Positions 12,021 through 24,465 of a stretch of 64,000 nt of DNA are shown one piece after another. Positions within the stretch are counted from its first letter, which is position 1; every line of letters begins with the position of its first letter. The stretch comes from Malacoraja senta (Eukaryota): assembly GCA_038087875.1 (NCBI GenBank), contig CM076000.1, positions 2,170,001 through 2,234,000 on the forward strand, read 5' to 3'. The position numbers and the translations under genes are program-made. The notes beneath the pieces were generated by a model. It searched no databases. It had not been told where the DNA came from and worked only from the letters and a program-made list of their open reading frames with translations.

Positions 12021-13274
12021 AGAGCAACTCTTATCTGCCAGCACATAATCCATATCACTTAATTCCCTGCATATCCATGTGCCTATCCAAAAGTCTTGTC
12101 AATGCTACTACCTAATCTGCCTCCACCACCACTTCAAACTTCATTGTGGAGAAAGGATATTAAGGTTCTTTTTACTCAATGTAATTTTTAGAAGAAAGTG
12201 CAACATTTAGTGTAACATCTTCCAGATTTTCTGCATGATTTGGGCTTTTCTTCGCATGCTCAAAATCCACAGCTTGGCTCTTGGTTGTTCTGTCACGCCT
12301 TTTTGGAGAAGTTCAATGAACTATACGGTAACTTTCAGAAATGAATGTTTCGATGTGCATTCTACTTCACTTTGCCACTTGCAGGTGAATTTTGTGAGCT
12401 TACTTTCCGAACACTGAACGGGAAATCTTTCAGATCTCTTGCACTCCGCCCTGTATGTACCTGATATATGTTTCCATTGCGTGAAGCGTGAATCTATAAA
12501 ATTTGTCCTCAGTTTGCATCTCGGTTTCAGCAGGAAACTCTGATAAGATCACTCACTGAGCTATGAGAGGCCATTGGAGTGTGAAAGTCAGGAACTATGT
12601 GAAGCAGGACCTTGGTGGGAGTGACTGGAGCAGAAATAATGCCATCTTTCAGTTATTTATTTGTACGTCAATTTAACTTTAAATATAATTTATTGCGCTT
12701 TTTTTCTTCAAGTTTTTGGAACGTGCAGCTATTAACATTTTGGCATTTTAATTGAGGTCTAGCTTGAGTTGGTAGCAGGTCAGATAGATTGAACAGATTG
12801 GTTAATGGATTAAGTAATTGATCAAGAAAGTCCTCCATCGACCTTCAACCGTTGCACGCTCCCCACCTCTGAGAGTAAAGATCCCTGAGGCGAGGCTGGG
12901 ATAGGTGAACCATTTCCCATATCTTGGCAAGTTGGCACAAGACCCAGCAAGACGTGACCTATAGAGGGACATATTTTGGCCCGTCGGGGTGGCGTTACCT
13001 CCCATGCTCCAAAGACGTACATGTTTGTACATTAATTGGCTTCAGTACAATTATAAATTGTCCCTAGTGTGTGGGATAGTGCCAGTGTATTGGTACTGGT
13101 CACTATCACTGGTGGGCCGAAGGGCCTCCTTCCACTACTTTAAGTAAAGGTGAAAATCTAGTCTACTTGGGTAGCCAGGTTTGAGTAGCTCTTCCGAGAT
13201 CTACTATTGTCATTTGGATTCGAACCTTCCTTTTATTTAATGAAGAGCATTCATCCTATTTTCAGAAATAGCCA

Positions 13275-13495
13275 TAGTTATAGAGTCATACAGTGTGGAA
13301 GCAGGCCCTTCGGCCCAACTTGCCCATACTGACCAACATGTCCCATCTACACTAGTCCCATCTGCCTGTGTTTGGCCCATAACCTTCTAAACCTGTCCTA
13401 TCCATGTACCTGTCTAAATGTTTCTTAAACATTATGACAGTACCTGTCTCAACTATTTCCTCCAGCAGCTCGTTCCACACACCCACCATCCTTTG
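13275..13495 (-). mobile_element. CR1 3' fragment
   Basis: Minus translation 'TQRMVGVWNELLEEIVETGTVIMFKKHLDRYM' plus (atgactct) tail. Confidence 0.8.
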
Positions 13496-14685
13496 TGTCT
13501 TCAGGAATTTGTATTGAATGTGAAAAAGAGAATGCACCAATCTCCACCCATGCCCTTTGTCATTTCTCACGGCAGGCAGTTTCCCTGCAGTGTTTGTGGT
13601 CAGCGAATCCTCTGTTCAACTGGGACACTGCAGCTCCAAGTCCTTCTCCATAGTTTGCCCTTTAGATATGGCTATTGTTGTGGTTAAAGATTCCTGGCAG
13701 CAGTATGAACGCCATCTCGGCAAACACTTGGATCTCAAGGGGCCGCATGGTTCATGCACGATGCTGCTGAAAATAGATTGAAGTAGCAGTGGGGCAAAGA
13801 GTCTTTAACACAGGCTGGAGACACAAGAGATTGCAGCTGCTGGAATCCTGAGCAAAACACAAAGTGCTGGAGGAACTCAGAGGGTCAAACAGCATCTGCA
13901 GAAGGAAATGGGCGATGTTTTGGGTTGGGGCCCATCTTCAGATTCAGTTCACTCTGCAAATATTTACACTTGAATTACATAGAGTCATTGAGTCATAGAG
14001 TTATGCTGCATGGAAACAGGCCCTTCGGCCCAACTTGCCCATGCCGACCAATTTGCCCCATCTACACTAGTCCCACTTGTGCCTGTTTGGCACATTTGGA
14101 CAGGTATAAGAAGAGGTATCTCGACCCGAAATGTCACCTTCTTTTCACCAGATTTCTGCCTGACCCGCTGAGCTACTCCAGAATTTGGTGTTAGTTTCTA
14201 TATGGATTTGCTGCAGACACTCAAGATTTGTAATTGATCTCAATGTGTAATAAACTGCAGTAATTCCCTTCCAGATCCATTGGACTTTGGTCAAGTAACT
14301 TAGCCAAGCTTTTTTCCGCAATAGTTTCCAGTTGTTTTTTACTTAAAAAAATAATAATTTGCTGCGTGCAATGATCTTGGTTGACATCAGACAACATTTA
14401 TTTTCACTCACCCTGTTTAAGTCATCACTTTTACTTAATTGTATTAAACATGCCAGATTCTTTTTACAAAGCTATATGACTGTTAGTCATGCAACAACTC
14501 CCCTGCAGGCTCTTCACCAGGAAGTTTTAGCCAGGCACGTAACCCTTATATCAGTTACAGTATCTGTGGTTGTAGGAAGATGATGTGTATAGTAGGCTGA
14601 TGGTGTAAAGTAGGCTGATATGTAATTATGTTTAGGGCTTTGCTTTGTCTATTCCTCAAGTTTATCTTTCTGATATCCTCACACT

Positions 14686-14981
14686 TTAGAGAAACAGTGC
14701 GGAAACAAGTACTTCCGCCCACCGAGTCCGTGCCGACCAATGATCACCTGGTACACCAGCACTATCCTACACAATACGGGCAATTTATAATTTTTCCGAA
14801 GCCAGTTAACCTACAAATCTGTACGTCGTTGGAGTGTGGGGGGAACCCGGAGCGTCTGGAGTAAACCCACGTGGGCACAGGGAGGACGCACAACCCCTCG
14901 ACAGGCAGCACCCGTAGTCAGGATGGAAATCGGGTCTCTGGCGCTGTAAGGCAGCAACTCTACCTCTGTGCCACTGTGCCG
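14686..14981 (-). mobile_element. V-SINE
   Basis: Full head, V-domain and tail on the minus strand. Confidence 0.85.
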
Positions 14982-15039
14982 CTCCTTATCAAGATGGAGA
15001 AAGCCAGTAGAATACATAGCAACATTTCTCCCACTATCC

Positions 15040-15356
15040 TGTCCTCCCCCTTCCACATCCCCCCCCCTCCACAACTGTTAGTTTCCACCTATATCCCCCC
15101 CCCCCCCTCCCCGTCTGGCTTTGCATTTCATTCCTCTTTCATGCCTCTCCTTATCTGACCCATTTGGCTTGTCTCCCTTTTTTCCCCTTTGGTCATCCAT
15201 TTGTCTCCTATTCATTTCCAGCCTTTATCCACTCATCTGCCAATCACCCACCCCCCATTCACCTGTATCCACCTCTTTTCCAGCTTTCCTCCCCATCCAA
15301 TCAGTCTGGGGAAGGGTCCTGACCCGAAACATTACCTATCCATGTCCTCCAGAGAT
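15040..15356 (+). mobile_element. Penelope-like 3' region and terminus
   Basis: Pyrimidine-rich 3' region like that after GIY-YIG fragments, then tcagtctggggaagggtcctgacccgaaac. Confidence 0.55.
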
Positions 15357-15885
15357 GAGGAGAAGGCAGGAGAATGGGTTTAGAGAAATAAACAATAGAC
15401 AATAGACAATAGACAATAGGTGCAGGAATAGGCCATTTGGCCCTTCAATGTGATCATGGCTGATCATCCCCAAAGAAACATCAACCACGATTGAATGGCG
15501 GAGTAGACTCGATGGGCTGAATGGCCTTATTCTACTCCTATAACATGAACTTATTAACAGAGTATTATGATCGAAAACTGGCAGGCTCTTTGCTTTGTAT
15601 TACTTTCCTGATTGATTGTAATGGACAAACTTTTGCTCAAAGTTTATGTAATCACCCTGGCATAAACTAGGAATTGAACCCAAGACTTTCTGTATAAGTT
15701 GGTCCAAAGGTTACAGTGTGTGGTTTTTACAGACCAGACTGGCATGTAGGCTCAGACAAAGATATTTTAACTTACATGTAGGAACAAGGGTGAAGAAGGG
15801 TCCCAACCTGAAATGTCACTTATCCGTGTTCTCCAGATATGCTGCCCAACCCGCTGAGTTACTCCAGCATTTCTAACTTAAGAGC

Positions 15886-16184
15886 TTAGTTATGTTTAGC
15901 GATAGGGCATGGAAACAGACCCTTCGGCCGACCAAGTTCACGCTGACCAACGATCACCCGAACACTAGTTCTACCCTACACACGAGGGATAATTTTTACA
16001 GAAGCCAATTAACCTACAAACCTGCACGTCTTTGGAATCTGGGAATAAACCGGTGCACCCAGAGAAATCCCACGCAGTCACTGAGAGATCGTACAAACTC
16101 CATACAGCCAGCACCCGTAGTCAGGATCGACTGGGTCTCTGGCAATGAGAGGCAGTGACTCTACTGCAGTGCCACTGTACCACC
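15886..16184 (-). mobile_element. V-SINE
   Basis: Same consensus as other copies. Confidence 0.85.
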
Positions 16185-16647
16185 CTAGCTTGTGTAAGAG
16201 CCACAATATCTTCCACCAATCTGGGGCCAATGCAAGTTAGCTCTTTGGAAGAAGAAAAATGCAAATGAAAAAAAATATTTCTCAGACGCTAACAATTCCT
16301 TTGCAGTGATGTAAGATTGGAACACTGAAGTGGAGGAATATTTTACACCTGGTTTCTTCATATATAGTGACAGCCAGCCTGACAGAAATTACCTGCACTG
16401 TAATTATTGGCCCAGATGGTCTGAGCGTCTATACATGTTTTCTTGGACTGCTGCCGTACCATTGTTTGCATCTGGAGCTGCAAACTGTACTAGCTACTGG
16501 GTGTTGTGGCCCAATCTCTGCAGAAGCCTGATCTGTCTAAGTAACTGAAACTGTGGCCAGGCAGTGCACTCAATCAGGGATCTGGAGGAGGAGGCTGATC
16601 CCTGCAGAATCCAACTGGAATATCACTTGATTCATCAACTAAATGAC

Positions 16648-16947
16648 GGGAGGCACGGTGGCGCAGCGGTAGAGTTGCTTCCTTACAGCGCCAGAGACCT
16701 GGGTTTGATCCTGACTACGGGTGCTGTCTGTACAGAGTTTTTACTTTCTCCCTGTGACTGCGTGGGTTTCCTCTGGGTGCTCCAGTTTCCTCCCACACTC
16801 CAAATACTTGCAGGTTTGTAGGTTAATTGACCTCTGTAAATTGTCCCTAGACTATAGGATAGAACTAGTGTATGGGGTGATCATTGGTCGGTTCAGACTC
16901 GGTGGGTCGAAGGGCCTGCTTCCACACTATATCTCTAAATTGAACGA
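16648..16947 (+). mobile_element. V-SINE
   Basis: Head ggcacggtggcgcagcggtagagttgc, V-domain, CR1-like tail. Confidence 0.9.
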
Positions 16948-17435
16948 AACAAATAAATAATATTAGAACACTATAGCACAGGAATGGGCCCTTCGGCCCA
17001 CAGAACATGATGCAAAGCTAAACTGATCTCATCTGCCTGTACATGGTCCATATCCCTCTATTCCCTGCACTTCTATGTGCCTGTCTAAAAGCTTCTTAAA
17101 TGCCACTAATGTATCTGCCTCCACCGCCACCCCTGGCAATGCATTCCAGGCCCCCGCTACTCACTGTGTATAAAACGTCACGCACATCCCCAATAAACTT
17201 ACCCCCTCTCACTTTATATTGATGGCCAAGAAAGGTTTGAACAGAATTTAACAAAAAGAAACACCTACAACTTGCATTTAAGTGCCATTATCAGCTGAGA
17301 AATAGCTTCACAATGATCTCTAATGAGTCAAATTGAACCAGATCACTTTAGATATAATAAGGGTAGATTTTGAGGAGTGTATTAAAATAGGAGAGAAAGA
17401 TAGAGATGCAATGAGAGTTAAGGAGCTAATTTAAA

Positions 17436-17723
17436 GTGGCACAGTGGTGCAGCTGGTAAATTGCTGCCTCACAGCACAGGAGAATGGATTCAATCTTGTC
17501 TGTCTGTGTGGAGTTTGCATGTTCTCCCAGCGACCACATGGATTCCCACTGGGTGCTCCCAAAGACGTGCTGATTTGTAAGTTAATTGGCCTCTGTAAAT
17601 TTCTCCCCAATGTGCAGGGAAGGAATGAAAGAATGGAATAACATAGAACTCGTGTGAACGGGTGATCGATGGTCAGCGTGAACTCGGTGGGCCGAAAGGC
17701 CTGTTTCCATGCTAGGTCTTTCA
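17436..17723 (+). mobile_element. V-SINE, diverged, with (tcaa)n tail
   Basis: tRNA-like head and tail gggccgaaaggcctgtttccatgct. Confidence 0.75.
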
Positions 17724-17789
17724 ATCAATCAATCCATCAAATACAAAAGGTCAAGTGTAGAGAAATACACCTGAATAGTTTATTTTAGA

Positions 17790-18045
17790 ATTTAGAGATA
17801 CAGTGCAGAAACAGGCCCTTTGGCCCACCGAGTCCGTGTCGACCAGTGATCACCCTAGTACTATCCTACATACAATTTACAATTTTTATCGAAGCCATGT
17901 AACCTACAAACCTGCACGTCTTTGGAGTGTTGGAGGAAACTGGAGCACCTGGAGGAAACCCACACAGGTCACCGGGAGGACTTGGATCAAACTTGGGTCT
18001 CTGGCACTGTAAGACAGCAGGTCTACTGCTGTGCCACCATGCCGC
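17790..18045 (-). mobile_element. V-SINE
   Basis: Same consensus, minus strand. Confidence 0.8.
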
Positions 18046-18834
18046 CTCCGGTATTTTCAGCGTGGTAACGCAACATTTCCAGAGTTTGGTTGGAAAATTG
18101 GACTGCTCCCTGGCTTATGGAAGGACCGTTCAGAAGCCGGATAGTAGAGGGGAAGAAGCCATTCCCGAGTCCGGTGATACACGTTTTCAAGCTTTTGTAT
18201 CCTCTGCCTGATTGGGAGCGGGGACTGGGAGCAGTAAGTACAGGCACGAGGACCCGCTCACGAACAGCTGGCCACACGGCAACATCTGGGTCACAGAAAA
18301 CCTGCATTTGGATTTAATGTACTGCCTTAATGTAGTGCATAGTTCATAATACAGTGCGTTTATATAGTGCCTTTAACAAAATTAAATATCCCAAGGCACT
18401 CCATAGAAATGCTATCAAACAAATCTTCCATCTCAGTTTCAGGGCCAGCACTGGAAAAATGGCAAATTAAAAAAAAAATCTTGACTGTCTTCAAACAGAA
18501 GGTTCTAATTTTGTGCAAACCAACAGCAGCTGTCTAAAGTCAATTTCTGTAAAAGTTACTATCCTTCTGAGTCACACTTGCTGGAGATGGGAAGAGGAAA
18601 GGGGGAGGAACAAACAGAGGCATAAGTCCTGATGAAGTTACTTCCAGCTGCTGCTCATTATTTGCTGCAGTGCGTTAATGAAAAAGAAACGCTTGTTCCT
18701 ACATTATACTCTTTAATATACAGGGCACTGCATTGGATAACATGGCTAACAGGTGCCAGTACCACCATTAACCCAAGCTAGCCCAGGTCCACACAATTCA
18801 TCCTGATTTTATTAACGCAATCTCAATAACAAAA

Positions 18835-19320
18835 CAAAGGACAGAGGTGTAAGGTGAGAGGGGAAGGATTTAATAGGAACCTGAGGGACAACCTTTTCAC
18901 TCAGAGAGTGGTGGGTATATGGAACAGGCTGCCAGAGGAGGTAGTTGAGCCAGGTACTATATCAATATTTAAAAGACTCAAAGTGCTGCAGTAACTCAGT
19001 GGATCAGGCAGCATCTCTGGAGAACATGGATAGCTGACATTTCAGGTCAGAATCCAAAACCTATCATCTATCCATGTTCTCCAGAGATGCTGCCTGACCT
19101 GCTGAGTTATTCAAGAATTTGTGTTCTTTTGTGCATACCAGCATTTTCAGTTCTTTGCTTCAACATTTAAAAGACAGTTGGACAAGTACGTGAATAAGAA
19201 AGGATTGGAGGGATACGGGCCAAACACAGGTAGATGGGACTTGCTTAGATTGGGCACCTTGATCGGCATGGACAAATTGGGCCAAAGAGCCTGTTTCTGT
19301 GCTGTATGAATGCCTCTGTG
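18835..19320 (+). mobile_element. CR1 3' fragment interrupted by a Penelope-terminus hairpin (about 18978-19160)
   Basis: CR1 'atttaaaagac' occurs on both sides of the hairpin (about 18967 and 19165), consistent with a target duplication. Confidence 0.7.
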
Positions 19321-20814
19321 ACTAAACAGGATAAAGGAAACAGCAGAGGCTGAAAACCTGAAATAAAACCAGAAAATGCTGGAAATAGACAGTTGGTCAG
19401 ATAGTATCTGTGGGGAAGGAAGTAGAGAGAACATTTGAAGAAGGGACTCCACCCAAAACATTGCATATTCATGTCATCCAGAGATGCTGCCTGACCTGCT
19501 GAGTTACTCCAGCTTTTCGTGGTGTTTTTTTAGTAAACCAGTATCTGCAGTTCCTTCTGCCTCTGGTGGTAATATTTCATATTAATTAGCTTTAATCAGA
19601 ACTAGGTAATGTTAGAAAATATACATGTTCCAAGTTGTTGGTGGCGTATATGAAGGTGATGACTGTGCTGACCAAAGCAAGAGAGATCATGTCTGTTAAT
19701 GAAGATGATACTGAATGATAGAGGGCAGTGAATGAACGGACTACAGGAGATGCAAGTGGTAGAAGGGGAATTGGAAAATGAGAGAGAGACAAACAATTCT
19801 GGAAATATGAGTTGCATAACACAGCAATTGCTGGAAATCTAAAGTAAAAGAGAATATTGGAAATAGACATCAGGCCAACCAGCAAACCACAACCAGATTG
19901 ACAGAACACCTCCAAAGACTTCAATGTTTGTAGGTCAATTGGGCAGGCAGGCAGGTGACCCATCTTTCTCTGTGAGGGAGCTGATCCTTGCGCCCTGTTT
20001 GTGAAGGCAGGCAGTCGCTATGCAATTTTTGCTTCAATTCTGCTGCATTTACTCCTCCCAGTTTACAAACTAAAACACAATATTAATTTCTGGAGAAATC
20101 ATGCAATCTCCTGAAATAATTAACGTGATTGAGGACATCAAATAAAAAATTAGGTGATTACGTGGAAAGGTAGAAATCTGAGACTTTTGGGCACTTTAAT
20201 TGCAGACACTAAATTAATGGTGCATTTTTTCCGCCTGCTGCCAGGTCATCTGTTAGCAGATGCATCATACACAGTTTATCTAATTACCTTACTGAGGTGT
20301 GTCAAGAAGGATATCCTGCTGCCTGGATTAGATGGTTTCAGCAACAGGTAGAGATCGGATAAACTTTTGGTGGAACATCGGAGGGTGAGGGAAGACTTGA
20401 TAGAGGTGTATTATTATGAGAGGTATCTATCTATCTATTTAGATCTATCTATATTACTAAAAGTCTGATCTTGACCGCTTTTGGCTCGCTGTGCTGTGAT
20501 TTCCGAGAGAACGCCGCCACCTACGGCCGTCATTTTTGGCCACCTCGCTCAGAGCCCCCCTCCTCCTTCCGGGTCCAGAGGATTTTTCCCATCGATGAAA
20601 CATCAGAGAGATATTAATGTTTTTTTTTAATTTGCCATTCTCTCTGCTGCCCCTGCTGGAGGGAGGGGGAGGGACTATAAAACCAGGAATTGGTGTGCCT
20701 CACTCAGTCTCTGCAAGATGGAGGAAGCGAGAGGTTCATGTCGCGCTGTATAACACTGAACACATGTCTACTCAACTGTGAGTGCCCTTAATGTGGTTTG
20801 AAAATGAAAATATG

Positions 20815-21490
20815 GTTTGAAGTAAAAAGGCACTGCCTGCAAATGGTTGTTTGAGGAGGGGAGGAGGGGAGGAGGGGAGGAGGGGAGGAGGGGAGGAGGG
20901 GAGGAGGGGAGGAGGGGAGGAGGGGAGGAGGGGAGGAGGGGAGGAGGGGGGGGGTGGGTTGAAGTGAAAAGGCACTGCCTGCAAATGGTTGTTTTGGGGG
21001 GGGGGGGTTGGGTTGAAGTGAAAAGGCACTGCCTGCAAATGGTTGTTTGTGGGGGTTGGGTTGAAGTGAAAAGGCACTGCCTGCAAATGGTTGTTTGGGG
21101 GGGGTTGGGTTGAAGTGAAAAGGCACTGCCTGCAAATGGTTGTTTTGGGGGGGGGGGGGTTGGGTTGAAGTGAAAAGGCACTGCCTGCAAATGGTTGTTT
21201 GTGGGGGTTGGGTTGAAGTGAAAAGGCACTGCCTGCAAATGGTTGTTTGGGGGGGTTGGGTTGAAGTGAAAAGGCACTGACTGCAAATGGTTGTTTGGGG
21301 GGGTTGGGTTGAAGTGAAAAGGCACTGCCTGCAAATGGTTGTTTGGGGGGTGGTTGGGTTGAAGTGAAAAGGCACTGCCTGCAAATGGTTGTTTGGGGGG
21401 GTTGGGTTGAAGTGAAAAGGCCCTGCCTGCAAATGGTTGTTTGGGGGGGTTGGGTTGAAGTGAAAACGCACTGCCTGCAAATGGTTGTTT
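20815..21490. repeat. G-rich minisatellite: 12 copies of a 48-56 bp unit, plus a (GAGGGGAG)n tract at about 20853-20950
   Basis: Unit ggttgaagtgaaaaggcactgcctgcaaatggttgttt + variable G run + ttg. Confidence 0.95.
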
Positions 21491-21661
21491 GTCTAAACTT
21501 GACAACTTCCTGTTTGCACTATATTGATTTTAGATAAAACGCTACCACTTACGGCTGTGATTTTTGGCCATCTTACTCAGTTCCCCTCCGCTCATCAGGT
21601 GCAGAGGATTCTTCCCATCAATGAAAAACAAAAGTGTTATTAGTGTTTTAAAAATGTTGAG

Positions 21662-23482
21662 GTTCCCCTTTAAAATAGCAACAGAAAAATTTAAATATTT
21701 GGGTATTCAGATTACTAGAAAACATAAAGCTTTATTCAATGCTAATTTTCTATCTTTAATAAATAAACTTAATATAATGATTAAATTTTGGAAAACACTT
21801 CCTTTATCATTAATAGGTAGAATAAACGCTATAAAAATGATTTTTCTACCACAGTTACTATATCTATTTCAGTCTATACCAGTATATGTACCAAAATATT
21901 TTTTTTCTAAATTAAAGTCTAATATTACAAATTTTGTTTGGGACTATAAATCACATAGAATTAAAAAAGAACACTTATGTAAATCAAAAGATGTCGGGAG
22001 ACTTTCATTCCCGAATTTTCTGTATTACTATTGGGCAATACATATTAAGAATATAATTTACTGGTTGGATAGTTCAACCCAACAGACAGAATTGATAAAA
22101 ATGGAGAAAGAGGATTGTTACCCTTGTAATATAGGAACGATCCTCTTCTCCCCGAAAAAAATGAACAATACAATATATAAGAAGAACCCAATTATACAAG
22201 ATACAATAAGAATATGGAAACAAATAAAATGATCCTTAAAATTAAGAAACCTATCATTGTTAACACCGATAGCGAATAATCCTTTATTTAAACCATCTAT
22301 GATGGACAAAACATATAATCAATGGGAAAGTTTAGGAATTAAAAGGATTGGGGACATGTATGAAATGGGAGATTTACTATCATTTCAACAATTACAATTA
22401 AAATTTAAACTGAAAAACAATCATTATTTTAAATATTTTCAGATTTGCAATTTCTTGAAGACATATATACAGGGATATCAAAAAATAACTCCTGATTTAT
22501 TGGAAGAAGTAATGAATATTAAAGCTGATACACAAAAATTAATATCATATTTATATAATAGTATTTTAAATATAGATTTACCTGCGACTGAGGTAATTAG
22601 AGAAGAGTGGGAACGGGAATTAACGATAAAAATTACGAAGGTTACATGGGAAAAGTATTTGACATACATTCACAAATGTTCGATTAATGCAAGACATAAT
22701 CTAATTCAATTTAAAATTTTACATAGATTGTATTACTCAAAAACAAGATTAAATAAATGTTATCCAAATATATCCCCCACTTGCGATAAATGTTTAACCC
22801 AAGATGCAACTATAACACACTCTTTTGTTTCCTGTATAAAACTTCATAGATTTTGGAGTGATATTTTTGAAATATTCACAAAATTATTTAAGATAAAAAT
22901 GGAACCTAATAATGAATTGATTATATTTGGGGTAATAGCAGATGGGAATAAATTGAATCCATCTCAAAAATTATTTTTTAATTATGGTTTAATAATAGCA
23001 AAAAAATTAATATTGAAATTTTGGGAAAATACACCAATACCAACGCTCAAAATGTGGATTGCAAGTATGTTGGACACCGCACATCTTGAGGAAATGCGAT
23101 TTCTCCTAATAGATAAATTTGACCAATTCACAACGAGTTGTCTCCATTTGTCGTCTTTTTGGAATCATGTGGTGCAACACAATTGTAAAAGCTAATTCGT
23201 GACTGGGCGAGGGATGATCAAGATTATAAATAAGATCTCCTTACTTTTTTTTTTTTCTTCTTTTATTTTATTTTTTCTATTTTCTATTTCTTAATTTTCT
23301 TCTTTCACTCTATTTTTCTTTTTCACACTATATATCTCACATTTTTCTATTTTTCATTATCTAACTTTTTCTTTTTCTCCTTTATTATAAAAATAAGAAG
23401 CTGTACATAATATGCATTATGAAAATATGATTGTATACAATTGTACTTACTTCTAATAAAATACAAATATTTAAAAAAAAAT
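21662..23482 (+). mobile_element. 5'-truncated L1-clade LINE (ORF2 C-terminal part, 3'UTR, polyA)
   Basis: 'FKYLGIQIT...LPLSLIGRINAIKMIFLPQLLYLFQSIP' and Cys/His motif 'CDKC...TITHSFVSC'. Two listed ORFs are in one frame, split by TGA at 22230-22232. AATAAA at 23455, A tail, TSD AAAAATGTTGAG at 21650-21661 and 23483-23494. Confidence 0.95.
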
Positions 23483-23714
23483 AAAAATGTTGAGAATCTC
23501 TCTCCTGTCAATCACGCCATGAAGGCCACACCTTTTCCGGTGGGAGGGGGAGGGATTATAAAACCCGGAAGTGTGGGTGTGGCTCAGTCTCTGCATGGTG
23601 GGGGAGGGAGAGGTCACGACTCTGTCTGAGCTGTGAATCAACTGAACACACTGAATGTCTATTGAACTGTGAGTGGTGTTTTGTGTGGTTTTATGGTGGT
23701 TTTTATGGTGGTTT

Positions 23715-24025
23715 TTATGGTGGTTTCACCCTGCTTGAAATAGTATGAAACTGCATTTGAATGTGGTGACCTTGCACGAAATGGTATGAAACTGCATTTG
23801 AATGTGGTGTTGTTGCACCCTGCATGAAATGGCATGAAACTGCATTTGAATTTGGCGGCCTTGCACTCTCCTTGAAATGGTATGAAACTGCACTTGAATT
23901 CGGTGGCCTTGCACTCTGCTTGAAGTGGTAGGAAACTGAACCTGAATTTGGTGGCCTTGCACCCTGCTTGAATTGGTAGGAAAATAGATTTGAATTTGGT
24001 GGCCTTGCACTCTGCTTGAAATGGA
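23715..24025. repeat. Minisatellite, about 6-7 copies of a 48-bp unit
   Basis: Unit ccttgcaccctgcttgaaatggtatgaaactgcatttgaatttggtgg. Confidence 0.9.
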
Positions 24026-24333
24026 ATTTCAAGGAATAGCCGTGAGTCAATTGCCAGCCCACCAGCCGTGAGTGAGCTGCCAGCACATCAGGCTTGAGGG
24101 ACTGAGCTGCCAGCCCAATAATCCATTTGGCCGACAATGTCCATACTAGCCCTCTGGAGACCAGTAGTCCCTGCAGCCAACAACACACATACCAGCACTC
24201 TAGAAAGCCACCCCCCCACCCCCACTGGCCACCAATATTGCAATTGGTGTTGAGGTGGAATATTGCGTCGGGGGACCAGCCCTCCCATGTGAACATGGGA
24301 CCCAACGGGTATATATACTAGACCAAGTAGGAC

Positions 24334-24363
24334 TATATATATAGAGAGAGAGAGACACACATA

Positions 24364-24396
<33 letters not shown>

Positions 24397-24465
24397 CCAC
24401 ACCCCCACCCCCACCCCCACCCCCACCCACACCCACACCCACCCACACCCCCCCCTCCCTCCCCT
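24334..24465. repeat. Compound microsatellite (TA)(GA)(CA)n(CCCCCA)n
   Basis: Directly visible. Confidence 0.95.

Noticed and set aside
12226..12452. Two phase-compatible candidate exons (12226-12327, 12385-12452; DFLHDLGF...NELY/GEFCELTFRTLNGKSF)
   Set aside because: The intron would be only 57 nt, I do not recognise the peptide, and no partner exons were found. It needs RNA-seq or TBLASTN support.
16648..16720. tRNA-like sequences with A and B boxes, here and at other SINE heads
   Set aside because: They are SINE heads continuing into V-domain and CR1-like tails, not tRNA genes.
20768..21505. Long ORFs (245 aa, 230 aa) and a CRISPR-like look of constant repeats
   Set aside because: The ORFs are translations of the minisatellite. 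The inter-repeat parts are G runs, not unique spacers, and there are no cas genes.
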